Below, in pieces: positions 39,683-48,271 of a stretch of 64,000 nucleotides of DNA. Position 1 is the stretch's first letter. Every line of letters starts with the position of its first letter. The DNA comes from a virus. Its lineage: Duplodnaviria; Caudoviricetes. The stretch is taken from positions 1 through 64,000 of IMG/VR virus record IMGVR_UViG_2645728028_000002; one strand, written 5' to 3'. The position numbers were made by a program, and so were the translations under genes. The notes beneath the pieces are model-generated. The model was not told where the DNA came from. It made no database searches and saw nothing but the letters and a program-made list of their open reading frames with translations.

Positions 39683-42205
39683 TCACGCTGAATACGATCT
39701 TTCTCTCTGTTTTTGCTTCCTCATTCTTGCATTTTCTCTGTCTTTAATTTTCTGACATGAGGCGCACCTTGTTTTGTTTTTGGTTTTTCTGAATTTGCTT
39801 TCACAGTTTTCACAGCTTAATGAGTCATTTATATTTTCTTTAAGGTTCCGCGTTATTACTTCACCGAAGCAATCCCACAGAGTATCTTTATTTTTGCTAT
39901 CTTTAATATTATAAAGATATTCAACTAGCACATCAGTTATATAGGTTTCATCTGGATTAATCTTTAAAAGTTCTTTTTTAATAATTTCATATATGTAAAG
40001 CTTACTTTTTTTCTTTGTGTCATTATATTTTCCAATTAGAATTTTCTTCTTTTTTTCAAATTCCATGTATTTCGAGATAATAGAGTCGTCTATCTTCACT
40101 TTTTTAGAATTCATTAGCATTTTGTAGTCAAAGGTTCCAGCAACTTGTTTAAAATGGATTCTCTTATTAGGTATTATATACTCAAGCCTATTAACTACAC
40201 TATTGTTAACCTCTTCTACTTGCTTTTTTTCCTTATCTTTAGCGTATATGAAAAAGTGTGGCAATTTTGATTTAGTATATTTTTGTATTTCCGCTTTTAC
40301 GTGCTCAGGAAATTCAGGTAGAAATAATGTCTTAGCATAATCGATCACAAAATTATTATATAATGTTAAAAAACTAATTGCCTTTAAAGAAACATTACTA
40401 CTATTCCATATTTTTGTAATGTCGTTGCTTATTATCCCAATATTAGCCTTATATGCGAGGGTTAAGCTTCTGTAGATATTTTTACTATTGATTTCCTCAG
40501 CTTCTGCTTTAGCCATCTCATAATACAAAGGAACTATACCTTTCATGTTTCTTTCTGCCGCAGTAACCAATGTTTGATCTGCTACAACTAAAGCCTTATC
40601 ACCGTCCACATCGAATTGGAGTATTTTACTAATGGTGTCATAAATACTAGTGTAAACCCCCTTTGTTATAAACCATTTACTCTTTTCCTCATCCACGGTA
40701 TTCTGTCGTATAGCATGTTCACGGTACAAGTGGGGGGAACGTAAACAGTCCAGCTTTATATTGTCGAATAAACTACAATATATTTCCTTATCCTTAAGCA
40801 GACCTTTTGGATTAGTTCTCCCTAAAAACAAGAATTCACAAAAGGCGAATAAGTCAGGAATAATAAAGGTGTATTTACCATTTATTTTGAATTTTGCCGC
40901 TTTAGCATCTCTAACCATACTCTTCTTTTTTGCTTTAATTACCTCTTTCGCATGGGCGTCATTTAAAAGTTCCGGATATATTTCTAATGATTGCTGAAAT
41001 AGATTCTTATATCTGTTATCTTCGGTTGCACCTAAAATCCTCAGCATTGTTTCTTCATCGCTACCAACTCTTATGATATCATCAATGGTTTCTTGGCTAA
41101 TTATTTGCAATTCTTCATCACTCATATCCGTCAGAGATTGAAGCATTTGATAGTTCAAATATGAGTCAAGAGATACGTCTTCTTCATTTAATCTAGCAGC
41201 TTGACAATTGAATTTAATAAATCTACTTTGATAGTCTTTCCAGTCATTATAATATTTGTGCATTTTGAATTGGGATTTAGTAAAAATTATTTCGATTTTA
41301 TCTTTTTTTATATCCCATTCCTTACCATAGATGTCTTTAACAACGTAAGATTTGTTTTCTTCTGCAAACTTATCATAAGGAAACGGGACTAATAGCCCCT
41401 TCACAAATGGCAGCCTGCACATAAAAGCTTTATCAGAAACAGACTCAAGGATCATTCCGCACCCATCAGTGTGCTCTATTGGAATGTTCATTTTCTTCCT
41501 TTCAATTTCAAATGTATCACGATCTATAAAATCGACTTCTGAGAATACATTAGTTTCTAAGTCATTTACTACAATGGCACGATTAATATCAAAATTACTC
41601 CATTCATCTGATGCACTATTAGATAAAGCAAGATAAGCTTGGTATTTATTAATGTTTATACCACCCTTGCTATTTATCTCATCGACACTAAGTCCACATG
41701 TTAAAGTGTTTTTATGTTTTTCCCAAACAGATTCCTTCAAAAACACGGATTTTTTCGTGCGTATTTGTCCAGCACTCGAAGAGAAATAAATATACTTTTC
41801 TCCATTGTAAATAAACCCATTATGTATTATATCCTCTAGAACCTCGAAGAAAAATGCTTGAACAACTATTATGTCCTTAGATAATTGATCCTGTTCGGCT
41901 CCAATTGTTCGTGTAAGAGTGGAGTCAAAAAGTGCTATAACCTTATTGTCCCTCAGACTAACATTTCTTAAAATCCTTGTTTCCTCGTTTTTATCAAATA
42001 AACTATACAATTCATCTTTTAATAAATTTATCTTAGTATTTATCTTCTTTTTATATTTCGGATAATCTTTTTTCATCTTTTTAAGATAGTTTCTGTATTT
42101 ATAATACTTTAGAAGTTTATTATGTATTTTCTGTTCCTTTTCATTGTAAAAACATGAAGTATCTACAGAGTAAATATAGATTTGACGATTTAACTTAGTT
42201 ACCAT
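39683..42205 (-). CDS. yonO: YonO-type single-subunit DNA-dependent RNA polymerase
   Basis: 840 aa; HTDGCG, RLPFVKG, LRSPH and catalytic QFDVDGD; heads the late operon as in SPbeta. Confidence 0.93.
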   Translation of the reverse strand: MVTKLNRQIYIYSVDTSCFYNEKEQKIHNKLLKYYKYRNYLKKMKKDYPKYKKKINTKINLLKDELYSLFDKNEETRILRNVSLRDNKVIALFDSTLTRTIGAEQDQLSKDIIVVQAFFFEVLEDIIHNGFIYNGEKYIYFSSSAGQIRTKKSVFLKESVWEKHKNTLTCGLSVDEINSKGGININKYQAYLALSNSASDEWSNFDINRAIVVNDLETNVFSEVDFIDRDTFEIERKKMNIPIEHTDGCGMILESVSDKAFMCRLPFVKGLLVPFPYDKFAEENKSYVVKDIYGKEWDIKKDKIEIIFTKSQFKMHKYYNDWKDYQSRFIKFNCQAARLNEEDVSLDSYLNYQMLQSLTDMSDEELQIISQETIDDIIRVGSDEETMLRILGATEDNRYKNLFQQSLEIYPELLNDAHAKEVIKAKKKSMVRDAKAAKFKINGKYTFIIPDLFAFCEFLFLGRTNPKGLLKDKEIYCSLFDNIKLDCLRSPHLYREHAIRQNTVDEEKSKWFITKGVYTSIYDTISKILQFDVDGDKALVVADQTLVTAAERNMKGIVPLYYEMAKAEAEEINSKNIYRSLTLAYKANIGIISNDITKIWNSSNVSLKAISFLTLYNNFVIDYAKTLFLPEFPEHVKAEIQKYTKSKLPHFFIYAKDKEKKQVEEVNNSVVNRLEYIIPNKRIHFKQVAGTFDYKMLMNSKKVKIDDSIISKYMEFEKKKKILIGKYNDTKKKSKLYIYEIIKKELLKINPDETYITDVLVEYLYNIKDSKNKDTLWDCFGEVITRNLKENINDSLSCENCESKFRKTKNKTRCASCQKIKDRENARMRKQKQRERSYSA

Positions 42206-43435
42206 TTAACCCCTCCTCATGATGAACTTCTCATATTCTTCTTCATCGATTGACTTAAATTTATATCCACCGTAAAACTTATCACTATCTAGCAGACTGT
42301 TAAACTGTGAAGTTGAAAACCTAGTCGTCATAGTTAATCCGCTATCCACTAACCACTCTCTTGCCTCATACTTATATTTAAAAACATTTATTAACTCATT
42401 TTTTTCATTTACAGCCGAACAGTAATGTTCAATTTTATTACTAACCGAATTGTTCCTTTTTATTTTATAACCCCATTCAGTTAGTGCTTTTTTTAAAACT
42501 TCATTAGTAACTCCTTCTATATTTATTAGTTTTACTATATTACTTATCGAAATTTTATCCTTGGTGTAATGTTTGATTATTTCATCTTTTAGATCAATGA
42601 GTTGACTAATTTTATCTTTGGTACATTTTCTAGGTTTATATGTTTTCTTTTTCCTTTTACATATTTTAGCTGATTCCTTCGGTGGCTTTTTAATTTCTTT
42701 CTTACCGAATTCTTTTAACTTATCTTTAGTCCATTTATCGTTTACTTCATAGTGATGTATCCCTTTTTTCTCGCTTTTTATGAAATCATGATTTAGAATT
42801 AATATAAGGTCATCTTCGCTCTTCTTATTTAAACACCTCTTACACATTATTTGCTTACTCCGTAATCGTTCAAAGTTATTTCCACAAATGCAGCAAAGTT
42901 TCCTGCGTAACTTCAAGTGACTTAGCGGACGAAAGATTAATTTTTCATGTGGATTATTAAACTTATGTTTTTTAGAGAAACTTTTACTAATAGTTAAAGC
43001 CGTATATCCTGACCAGATAGAAGCATCGGCAATTGATTTAAAGACAAAGTTATTGTCTATACATATAACTGGCACAGAATTTCTTTTGGATAAAGAATCC
43101 TGCACATTTCCACCTTCAATCATATTATAAAAATCCTCATTATTAACTGCATCATAGAAACTTATCCAATATTCCTCTTTTTCATTTAACTCAACTTCAG
43201 AAGATGATAGGTCAATAATTCTCCTCCTGAAATTCTCTTTTCCATACTTTTTTATTGCATTATTTAAATGGTGTCCGCTACCTAAGTATGATTTCCATCT
43301 TGATCCATTGTCAATTTTTTTCTGACCTATGTATTTCTTATTATTTATCATGTTAGTTGTAATATAAATAAAGCCATATGCACCATTAAAATCTTCAATA
43401 CAATTGTAGTTCGTTTCTTCTAAGAATGTTGCCAT
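42206..43435 (-). CDS. Free-standing GIY-YIG (Seg-like) homing endonuclease
   Basis: GFIYITTNMINNKKYIGQK...YLGSG...FYN; NUMOD1-like VICIDNNFVFKSIADAS. Confidence 0.85.
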   Translation of the reverse strand: MATFLEETNYNCIEDFNGAYGFIYITTNMINNKKYIGQKKIDNGSRWKSYLGSGHHLNNAIKKYGKENFRRRIIDLSSSEVELNEKEEYWISFYDAVNNEDFYNMIEGGNVQDSLSKRNSVPVICIDNNFVFKSIADASIWSGYTALTISKSFSKKHKFNNPHEKLIFRPLSHLKLRRKLCCICGNNFERLRSKQIMCKRCLNKKSEDDLILILNHDFIKSEKKGIHHYEVNDKWTKDKLKEFGKKEIKKPPKESAKICKRKKKTYKPRKCTKDKISQLIDLKDEIIKHYTKDKISISNIVKLINIEGVTNEVLKKALTEWGYKIKRNNSVSNKIEHYCSAVNEKNELINVFKYKYEAREWLVDSGLTMTTRFSTSQFNSLLDSDKFYGGYKFKSIDEEEYEKFIMRRG

Positions 43436-43439
43436 TTAA

Positions 43440-43634
43440 TCAACTCCCATCATATACTCTCCTCATCTTTCTCAAAGCTAGTTTATATGTATTAAAATAT
43501 TTTATTTTATTAAACTTTTGATTCCATATGTAATCTTGGTACATTTCAATCTCCATATCACTTGCTTCCTCTGAACTTATCATATCTTCAAGGAACGCAA
43601 CGACCTCCTCAACTGTCCAATGCAACTTCTCCAT
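43440..43634 (-). CDS. Small hypothetical protein
   Basis: 64 aa from ATG 43634 (GGAGGTGA RBS); first gene of the yonO transcript. Confidence 0.65.
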   Translation of the reverse strand: MEKLHWTVEEVVAFLEDMISSEEASDMEIEMYQDYIWNQKFNKIKYFNTYKLALRKMRRVYDGS

Positions 43635-43705
43635 ACACTTCACCTCCATTCTATGATGTTATTAATTTATTTAAACTGGTACAAATATGTAATTTGTATA
43701 TATGT

Positions 43706-43734
43706 ATTATATTAAATTATTTTATATTAAGCAA
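43706..43734 (-). promoter_or_regulatory. SigA promoter of the yonO operon with 17-bp operator
   Basis: TTGCTT-17bp-TATAAT; TATTAAATTATTTTATA at 43710-43726. Confidence 0.7.
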
Positions 43735-43800
43735 TAGGTTTTTTAAAGAATAATAATTTTTCTTTTTATTTTTTAATTGTGGACTTGCAAACAATTGTTC

Positions 43801-43882
43801 TGTCATACATAGATATGACTATGGTAATAAAACCTCAGTAAAATATCTTGTCTGTCTACAACTGTATGACAACTGCATGACA
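43801..43882. repeat. TGTCATAC/GTATGACA repeat cluster upstream of parM (operator/centromere candidate)
   Basis: TGTCATAC 43801, ATATGAC 43813, TGTCTAC 43853, GTATGACA 43864, GCATGACA 43875. Confidence 0.55.
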
Positions 43883-43906
43883 CCAGTAATAAGAGGAGGG
43901 AATTGC

Positions 43907-44740
43907 GTGAAGCTTGGAGTCGATTCTGGAAATTATCGTGTGAAAATTTGTTCTGAGGACGGACTAATGGACTTTCATTCAGCAATAGGGGAGGGGAGGG
44001 AGTTAAAACTTCAGCAAGTTCATGGGGAAGATGATATGTGGTTTGAGTATGAGAGCGAGTATGGATTTGCTGGATCACTTGCGCTTTATGAATCAGAGTT
44101 TGGAGGAAGTATACTTGGTGACAATAAAGCCCACAGAGACACACTACTCAGAGTTCTTATTGGTATCAACAGATATTGTCAAAGGTATCAAATAGAAGAA
44201 ACCGTATTTGACATAGTTATTGGTCAGCCTATCTCAAGCCACACTATAGAAGCAAAAGAAAAATTAAAGAAGATGATAAAAGGTCAGCATACAATTTCAG
44301 TGAATGGGATTGAAAAGACTTTTAGTATTAATAAGTGTGAGGTAGCTGCAGAAGGAGTTTCTTCTTATTGGAGTGGTAATAGACCAGAGGGCTTAATAAG
44401 AATCTTAGATATTGGTTCAGGAACAGTAAATTTCTCAACTGTTCTAAATGGAAAGTTTATAGATAAGGACTCAGGTACATTACCTTTCGGTGTCAATACA
44501 AATAAATCAAATAACCTTAACGCCCTATGTAGGGGAATAGTAACTCACACATCAAAGAAATGGAATTCCAGCGATAAGGTATTTATTGTTGGAGGTATTG
44601 CAGAAACCATCCTTCCACTTCTAAAAGAATACTTCCCACAAGCTGAAATACTTTATCCAATATTTAATCAGCAATATGTATCCCCAATTTATGCAAATGC
44701 AATTGCATTCCATATGATTGCGGTGAACATCTATGAGTAG
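43907..44740 (+). CDS. parM: ParM/StbA-family actin-like ATPase
   Basis: Phosphate-1 GVDSGN, AEG, phosphate-2 ILDIGSGT, adenosine VGG, terminal ANA; GTG start with GAGGAGG RBS. Confidence 0.88.
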   Translation: MKLGVDSGNYRVKICSEDGLMDFHSAIGEGRELKLQQVHGEDDMWFEYESEYGFAGSLALYESEFGGSILGDNKAHRDTLLRVLIGINRYCQRYQIEETVFDIVIGQPISSHTIEAKEKLKKMIKGQHTISVNGIEKTFSINKCEVAAEGVSSYWSGNRPEGLIRILDIGSGTVNFSTVLNGKFIDKDSGTLPFGVNTNKSNNLNALCRGIVTHTSKKWNSSDKVFIVGGIAETILPLLKEYFPQAEILYPIFNQQYVSPIYANAIAFHMIAVNIYE

Positions 44741-44960
44741 AAAAGTTAAGTCCGTTTCTTTCAACTTAAATGACCCTTGGGAATTGGAGATATATGAATA
44801 CACATTAAAGTATCCCAACTTTTCGTCCTTTGTTAAGAGGCTGATTCAGAGTTCAGTCGGTGGAGTTGCACCTCAGAAGACAAGTGCTAATACGCCATCT
44901 AATCATAACTCAATTATACAACCAGAAGTAAACAAAGACTATATGAGACAACTAATCTAA
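44733..44960 (+). CDS. Ribbon-helix-helix-like adaptor (ParR-like)
   Basis: KVKSVSF beta-strand, NFSSFVKRLI helix, flexible tail; overlaps the parM stop. Confidence 0.7.
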   Translation: MSRKVKSVSFNLNDPWELEIYEYTLKYPNFSSFVKRLIQSSVGGVAPQKTSANTPSNHNSIIQPEVNKDYMRQLI

Positions 44961-44983
44961 ATTATATTTCTATATCATTTTAT

Positions 44984-45124
44984 TATTACCCGATTCTTAC
45001 CCGTTCGTTACCACATGATTGTCTAAATCGTTACCCAGATGATTACCCGACTGATTTTACGCCTTGGGTAATTACCCGATTCAATGGGTAAGCAAGAAAT
45101 GGATGGTTTGATATTTGGGTAACG
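44984..45124. repeat. TTACCC/GGGTAA short-repeat array
   Basis: TTACCC at 44986, 44997, 45031, 45043, 45072 (variants 45008, 45057); GGGTAA at 45066, 45086, 45117; palindrome GGGTAATTACCC. Confidence 0.8.
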
Positions 45125-45165
45125 AAACAAAATTTAATTTTACTAAAAAAGTGAGTTGAGATTAC

Positions 45166-45735
45166 GTGTATAAAATTACATCTAGATATCTGCAGCAAGA
45201 ATCTTTCCGTTCTTCTCCACATAAAGGAATAGATTTTAAAATGGAAATTGGTGAGCCGATTCGATCAATTAAATCTGGTCAAATTCATCTTGCTGATTAT
45301 GGCAATACGAATGCAGGGAAAACGGTTTTTGTAGAGTGGGAAGATGGAAGAACTGCAATATATGGTCATTTGAATGAGTTTGCGGTAAAAGAAGGTCAAC
45401 ATGTAAATGCGGGAGATTTAATTGGATATGCAGGAAATACAGGCTTTTCAACTGGCAGTCATCTTCATTTTTCAGTAAAAGAAGGATCTAAACATATAGA
45501 CCCTTCTCCATATATGAACGATATCCAGCATATGAATGATCCGTCTTATTTTGCGCAAGTATCTTCAGATGTCAAAGTTTCATTCTTTGATTATTTTCAG
45601 CAGCATATGGACTTAATTGGAACTCAACTAACTGACCTTAAAGTAAACTTTGTTCACTTTCTAGCCTTATCTGATTACTCTCCAATCATAAAGTTGCTGC
45701 AAAATGTCATACAATTTATCTTTTTCAATATTTAA
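45166..45735 (+). CDS. M23 (LytM) metallopeptidase with hydrophobic C-terminus
   Basis: HKGID, YGH and GFSTGSHLHF motifs; no N-terminal signal peptide. Confidence 0.88.
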   Translation: MYKITSRYLQQESFRSSPHKGIDFKMEIGEPIRSIKSGQIHLADYGNTNAGKTVFVEWEDGRTAIYGHLNEFAVKEGQHVNAGDLIGYAGNTGFSTGSHLHFSVKEGSKHIDPSPYMNDIQHMNDPSYFAQVSSDVKVSFFDYFQQHMDLIGTQLTDLKVNFVHFLALSDYSPIIKLLQNVIQFIFFNI

Positions 45736-45813
45736 ACGGTCAAAGTCAACCTTTGTTAATTTATCAAATTCAACTTGCCAAGCTAGTCTATCATCAGTTG
45801 TCCATCCAAACAT
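45667..45813 (-). CDS. Small hypothetical protein (48 aa, not in ORF track)
   Basis: GAGGTG RBS; MFGWTTDDRLAWQVEFDKLTKVDFDRLNIEKDKLYDILQQLYDWRVIR; convergent overlap with the M23 gene. Confidence 0.5.
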   Translation of the reverse strand: MFGWTTDDRLAWQVEFDKLTKVDFDRLNIEKDKLYDILQQLYDWRVIR

Positions 45814-45818
45814 TATGC

Positions 45819-45911
45819 TCACCTCTTAGGATTTCTGTTGTCATTTGCACTTTCAATTATTTCATCATAAAGTTCATCTGCTTCATCTTTTTTTGTAACG
45901 TATATGAGCAT
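45819..45911 (-). CDS. Small hypothetical peptide (30 aa, not in ORF track)
   Basis: AGGAGG RBS; MLIYVTKKDEADELYDEIIESANDNRNPKR. Confidence 0.4.
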   Translation of the reverse strand: MLIYVTKKDEADELYDEIIESANDNRNPKR

Positions 45912-45970
45912 TTGTAGTCCTCCTGTGAGTTATTTACTCATATCATTTACTAAAGGGGTGATTTGTATAC

Positions 45971-46393
45971 ATGGAAAAACATAACGAAGTTGTCATTTAC
46001 CTAAAAGACAGTGTTATCACTGATATAACTAATTATATCGAGTATCAGAAGTTAAAAAAACTGAATTTCGATGGAAACTACAATCATACAAACATGGAAG
46101 AATTTATTGTTGGTTGCGTTTGTCATTATCTAAGACAACTAAAGTATCAGATTGATCTTTCTGGTATTAATGACCTTGGCAAACCTTACCGACTTAAAAA
46201 CCGATTTAAGGAGTATATGGATAAACATGGAATAATACCTGCAGACTTAGCGAAGCAGACAGGGATTGGAGCTTCCAATATTAGTTTGATATTAAAAAAT
46301 AAAAATCAGCCAAGTCTTGATTACTTCCTTCGCATATGGATGGCTTTAAAATGCCCACCCTTAGATAAGATTCTCTATCGTGAAGAGGAATAA
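45971..46393 (+). CDS. XRE-family HTH regulator
   Basis: C-terminal LKNRFKEYM...ADLAKQTGIGASNISLILKNKNQPSL. Confidence 0.85.
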   Translation: MEKHNEVVIYLKDSVITDITNYIEYQKLKKLNFDGNYNHTNMEEFIVGCVCHYLRQLKYQIDLSGINDLGKPYRLKNRFKEYMDKHGIIPADLAKQTGIGASNISLILKNKNQPSLDYFLRIWMALKCPPLDKILYREEE

Positions 46394-46487
46394 AAAGAAA
46401 AGTTTTTAAAACTGCATAGGACAATTTTCAACGAGAATATCATCTGAATACAATACAACATACACAACAAACAAGGAGGAATACAGC

Positions 46488-46670
46488 ATGGGAACAACGT
46501 TGATTGTAGTGTCTGCTTTGAAGATTGCTGGAGCATGTGGGGTGGGGTTAGGTGCTTCTGCATTAATGAAAGCTTTTCATGAGTATGAGTTCAATTTTAA
46601 AAAGAAAGGTGATAAAAATGACAACAATATCGGTAAATCTCTGCGTGAAAGAGCCGAAGGATTACGTTAA
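46488..46670 (+). CDS. Small membrane protein
   Basis: AGGAGG RBS; hydrophobic Gly/Ala-rich N-terminus, basic tail. Confidence 0.6.
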   Translation: MGTTLIVVSALKIAGACGVGLGASALMKAFHEYEFNFKKKGDKNDNNIGKSLRERAEGLR

Positions 46671-47136
46671 TTATCACCTTTCTTCTTTTAAGGTGAATGA
46701 AAATTTTCCGAATCAAATTGTAAGGGAGGTGATGAATCTTTCTCAAAAAGAAAAGAGGAAATTTGGGAAGGTAGTAAAGGTATTTGTTGCAACAACAATA
46801 AGTTTTCTGAAATTGTCATCCGTATCAATGGCAAATGCATTGAACAATACTCAATCTCAAACAGTAATTACATCAGGAATCCCCACAGACCTGCTCGAAC
46901 CAATAATGGAATTAATCAAACTGGCTTTAGGAGGATCATTACTGCTTTCAGTAATACTTTTAATAGCAGCAGGAACAATGAGACAGTTCAGGAAGAAGAA
47001 GGAAGCAAGCGAATGGACGACAGATATAATCAAGGGTTTTCTGCAAGTTCTAATCGCAACGCCTTTAATATTTCTTCTATATTACGTAGTTACTTTACTC
47101 CTCGGAAACTTCACTCAATTTCTAAAGCCATTCTAA
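46618..47136 (+). CDS. Pilin-like (VirB2/TrbC-like) membrane protein
   Basis: Signal-like segment ending SMA-N, then two TM helices separated by RKKKEASEW...IKG. Confidence 0.55.
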   Translation: MTTISVNLCVKEPKDYVNYHLSSFKVNENFPNQIVREVMNLSQKEKRKFGKVVKVFVATTISFLKLSSVSMANALNNTQSQTVITSGIPTDLLEPIMELIKLALGGSLLLSVILLIAAGTMRQFRKKKEASEWTTDIIKGFLQVLIATPLIFLLYYVVTLLLGNFTQFLKPF

Positions 47137-48263
47137 TTCCAGTTACAGCAATTTCATCAACATTCTTGTTTACTAAATTAGCACATGCAGAGTCATTAAA
47201 AGATATTGTATTCCAAAAGAAAGGTGTCCTCACAAATGATTTTTCCGGTGCAGATCAAACTACATGGTTTGGAATAGGAGAAATAGTAAAAAATATGTTA
47301 GCAGCAATAGAATGGTTAAAAGATATTAAACAACATATTTATGACTTTTCAATTGATATATTTTCATTTGTTTTTGAAATGCTAATGCTAGTTGGATTAC
47401 AGACGCCCAGTTTTTTATTCAACAATAGTTACACAGTCAATACCACCATGACATTCTCAATGATTTCAATAAGCATTGTCATTTTACTTACAATTTATGA
47501 ATCTATTATGCAAATGTTAAATAAAGTATCTAAGCAAAGATATACTAAGTTTTCTGATATTATTAAACGTTTTCCTATTGCAGTAGGAATAACTGGATTT
47601 ACGCCATTTTTATTTCAACAAGGTTTTCGATTAATAAATAAACTAACAAGAGGGATTACTAGTCTAGGTGGGAATTTATTTAAAGAAAACAATTTAAACC
47701 AAGTCATTTCATTGAGTGGTATTGATGTATTGGGAATGATTCTGTTTGATGTTGTGGCATTGGGATTGCTTATTCCTATTTTGCTACAGGGAGGGCGCAG
47801 GTGGTTCGATCTATTTGCATTGTGTACGGCTGCCCCTTTAGCGCTTACAGCATGGATATTTGACCGCCACAGACATTTACATGCTCAATGGTGGAGTAAT
47901 GTCAAAAGACTTTCTATTATTCAACTGGTAATAGCAACTTTCATTGTACTGATGGGTATTTTCTTATATGGAGCAAGATTTATATCAGCAGAAATGTGGG
48001 CTTATAAAGTCTTGGTGATCCTCGGAGCACTTTTCCGCATCGCAAATCCTCCAAATTTTGTTAAGTCTTATACAAGAGGAGAAGAAGATGTTGTTGGAAT
48101 GTTCGACACTTATAAGAAAACATTTGCAGGAGTATACAATACAATTTCATTAAATAATTTCAAACCACTCAATTTTTATAGGAGTCAAAAAGCAGTGAAC
48201 ATCCAAAGAACAGCTTTAAGAGCAAAGCATGGTAAAAGATTCGTAGATAATTTATTAAAGTAG
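47013..48263 (+). CDS. Polytopic membrane protein, VirB6/TrbL-like
   Basis: About 6-7 TM segments; RWFDLFALCTAAPLALTAW...QWW motif; start codon uncertain. Confidence 0.6.
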   Translation: MDDRYNQGFSASSNRNAFNISSILRSYFTPRKLHSISKAILIPVTAISSTFLFTKLAHAESLKDIVFQKKGVLTNDFSGADQTTWFGIGEIVKNMLAAIEWLKDIKQHIYDFSIDIFSFVFEMLMLVGLQTPSFLFNNSYTVNTTMTFSMISISIVILLTIYESIMQMLNKVSKQRYTKFSDIIKRFPIAVGITGFTPFLFQQGFRLINKLTRGITSLGGNLFKENNLNQVISLSGIDVLGMILFDVVALGLLIPILLQGGRRWFDLFALCTAAPLALTAWIFDRHRHLHAQWWSNVKRLSIIQLVIATFIVLMGIFLYGARFISAEMWAYKVLVILGALFRIANPPNFVKSYTRGEEDVVGMFDTYKKTFAGVYNTISLNNFKPLNFYRSQKAVNIQRTALRAKHGKRFVDNLLK

Positions 48264-48271
48264 GTGAAGGA

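Noticed and set aside
394-41392. Numerous plus-strand ORFs opposite late genes (e.g. 8148-8603, 16238-16675, 17073-17447)
   Set aside because: Shadow ORFs fully overlapping well-supported minus-strand genes, without RBSs.
39683-42205. RNA-dependent RNA polymerase / RNAi-like system
   Set aside because: Size, motifs and position match YonO, a characterised DNA-dependent RNAP.
44984-45124. CRISPR mini-array
   Set aside because: Units are only 6-8 bp with ~5 bp gaps and mixed orientation; no cas genes or 25-40 bp spacers.
46412-46445. Sporulation sigma (SigE/SigF-like) promoter GCATAGG…AATATCAT before the membrane/FtsK genes
   Set aside because: Only a partial consensus match; cannot be supported without TSS data, though it would matter for the forespore hypothesis.
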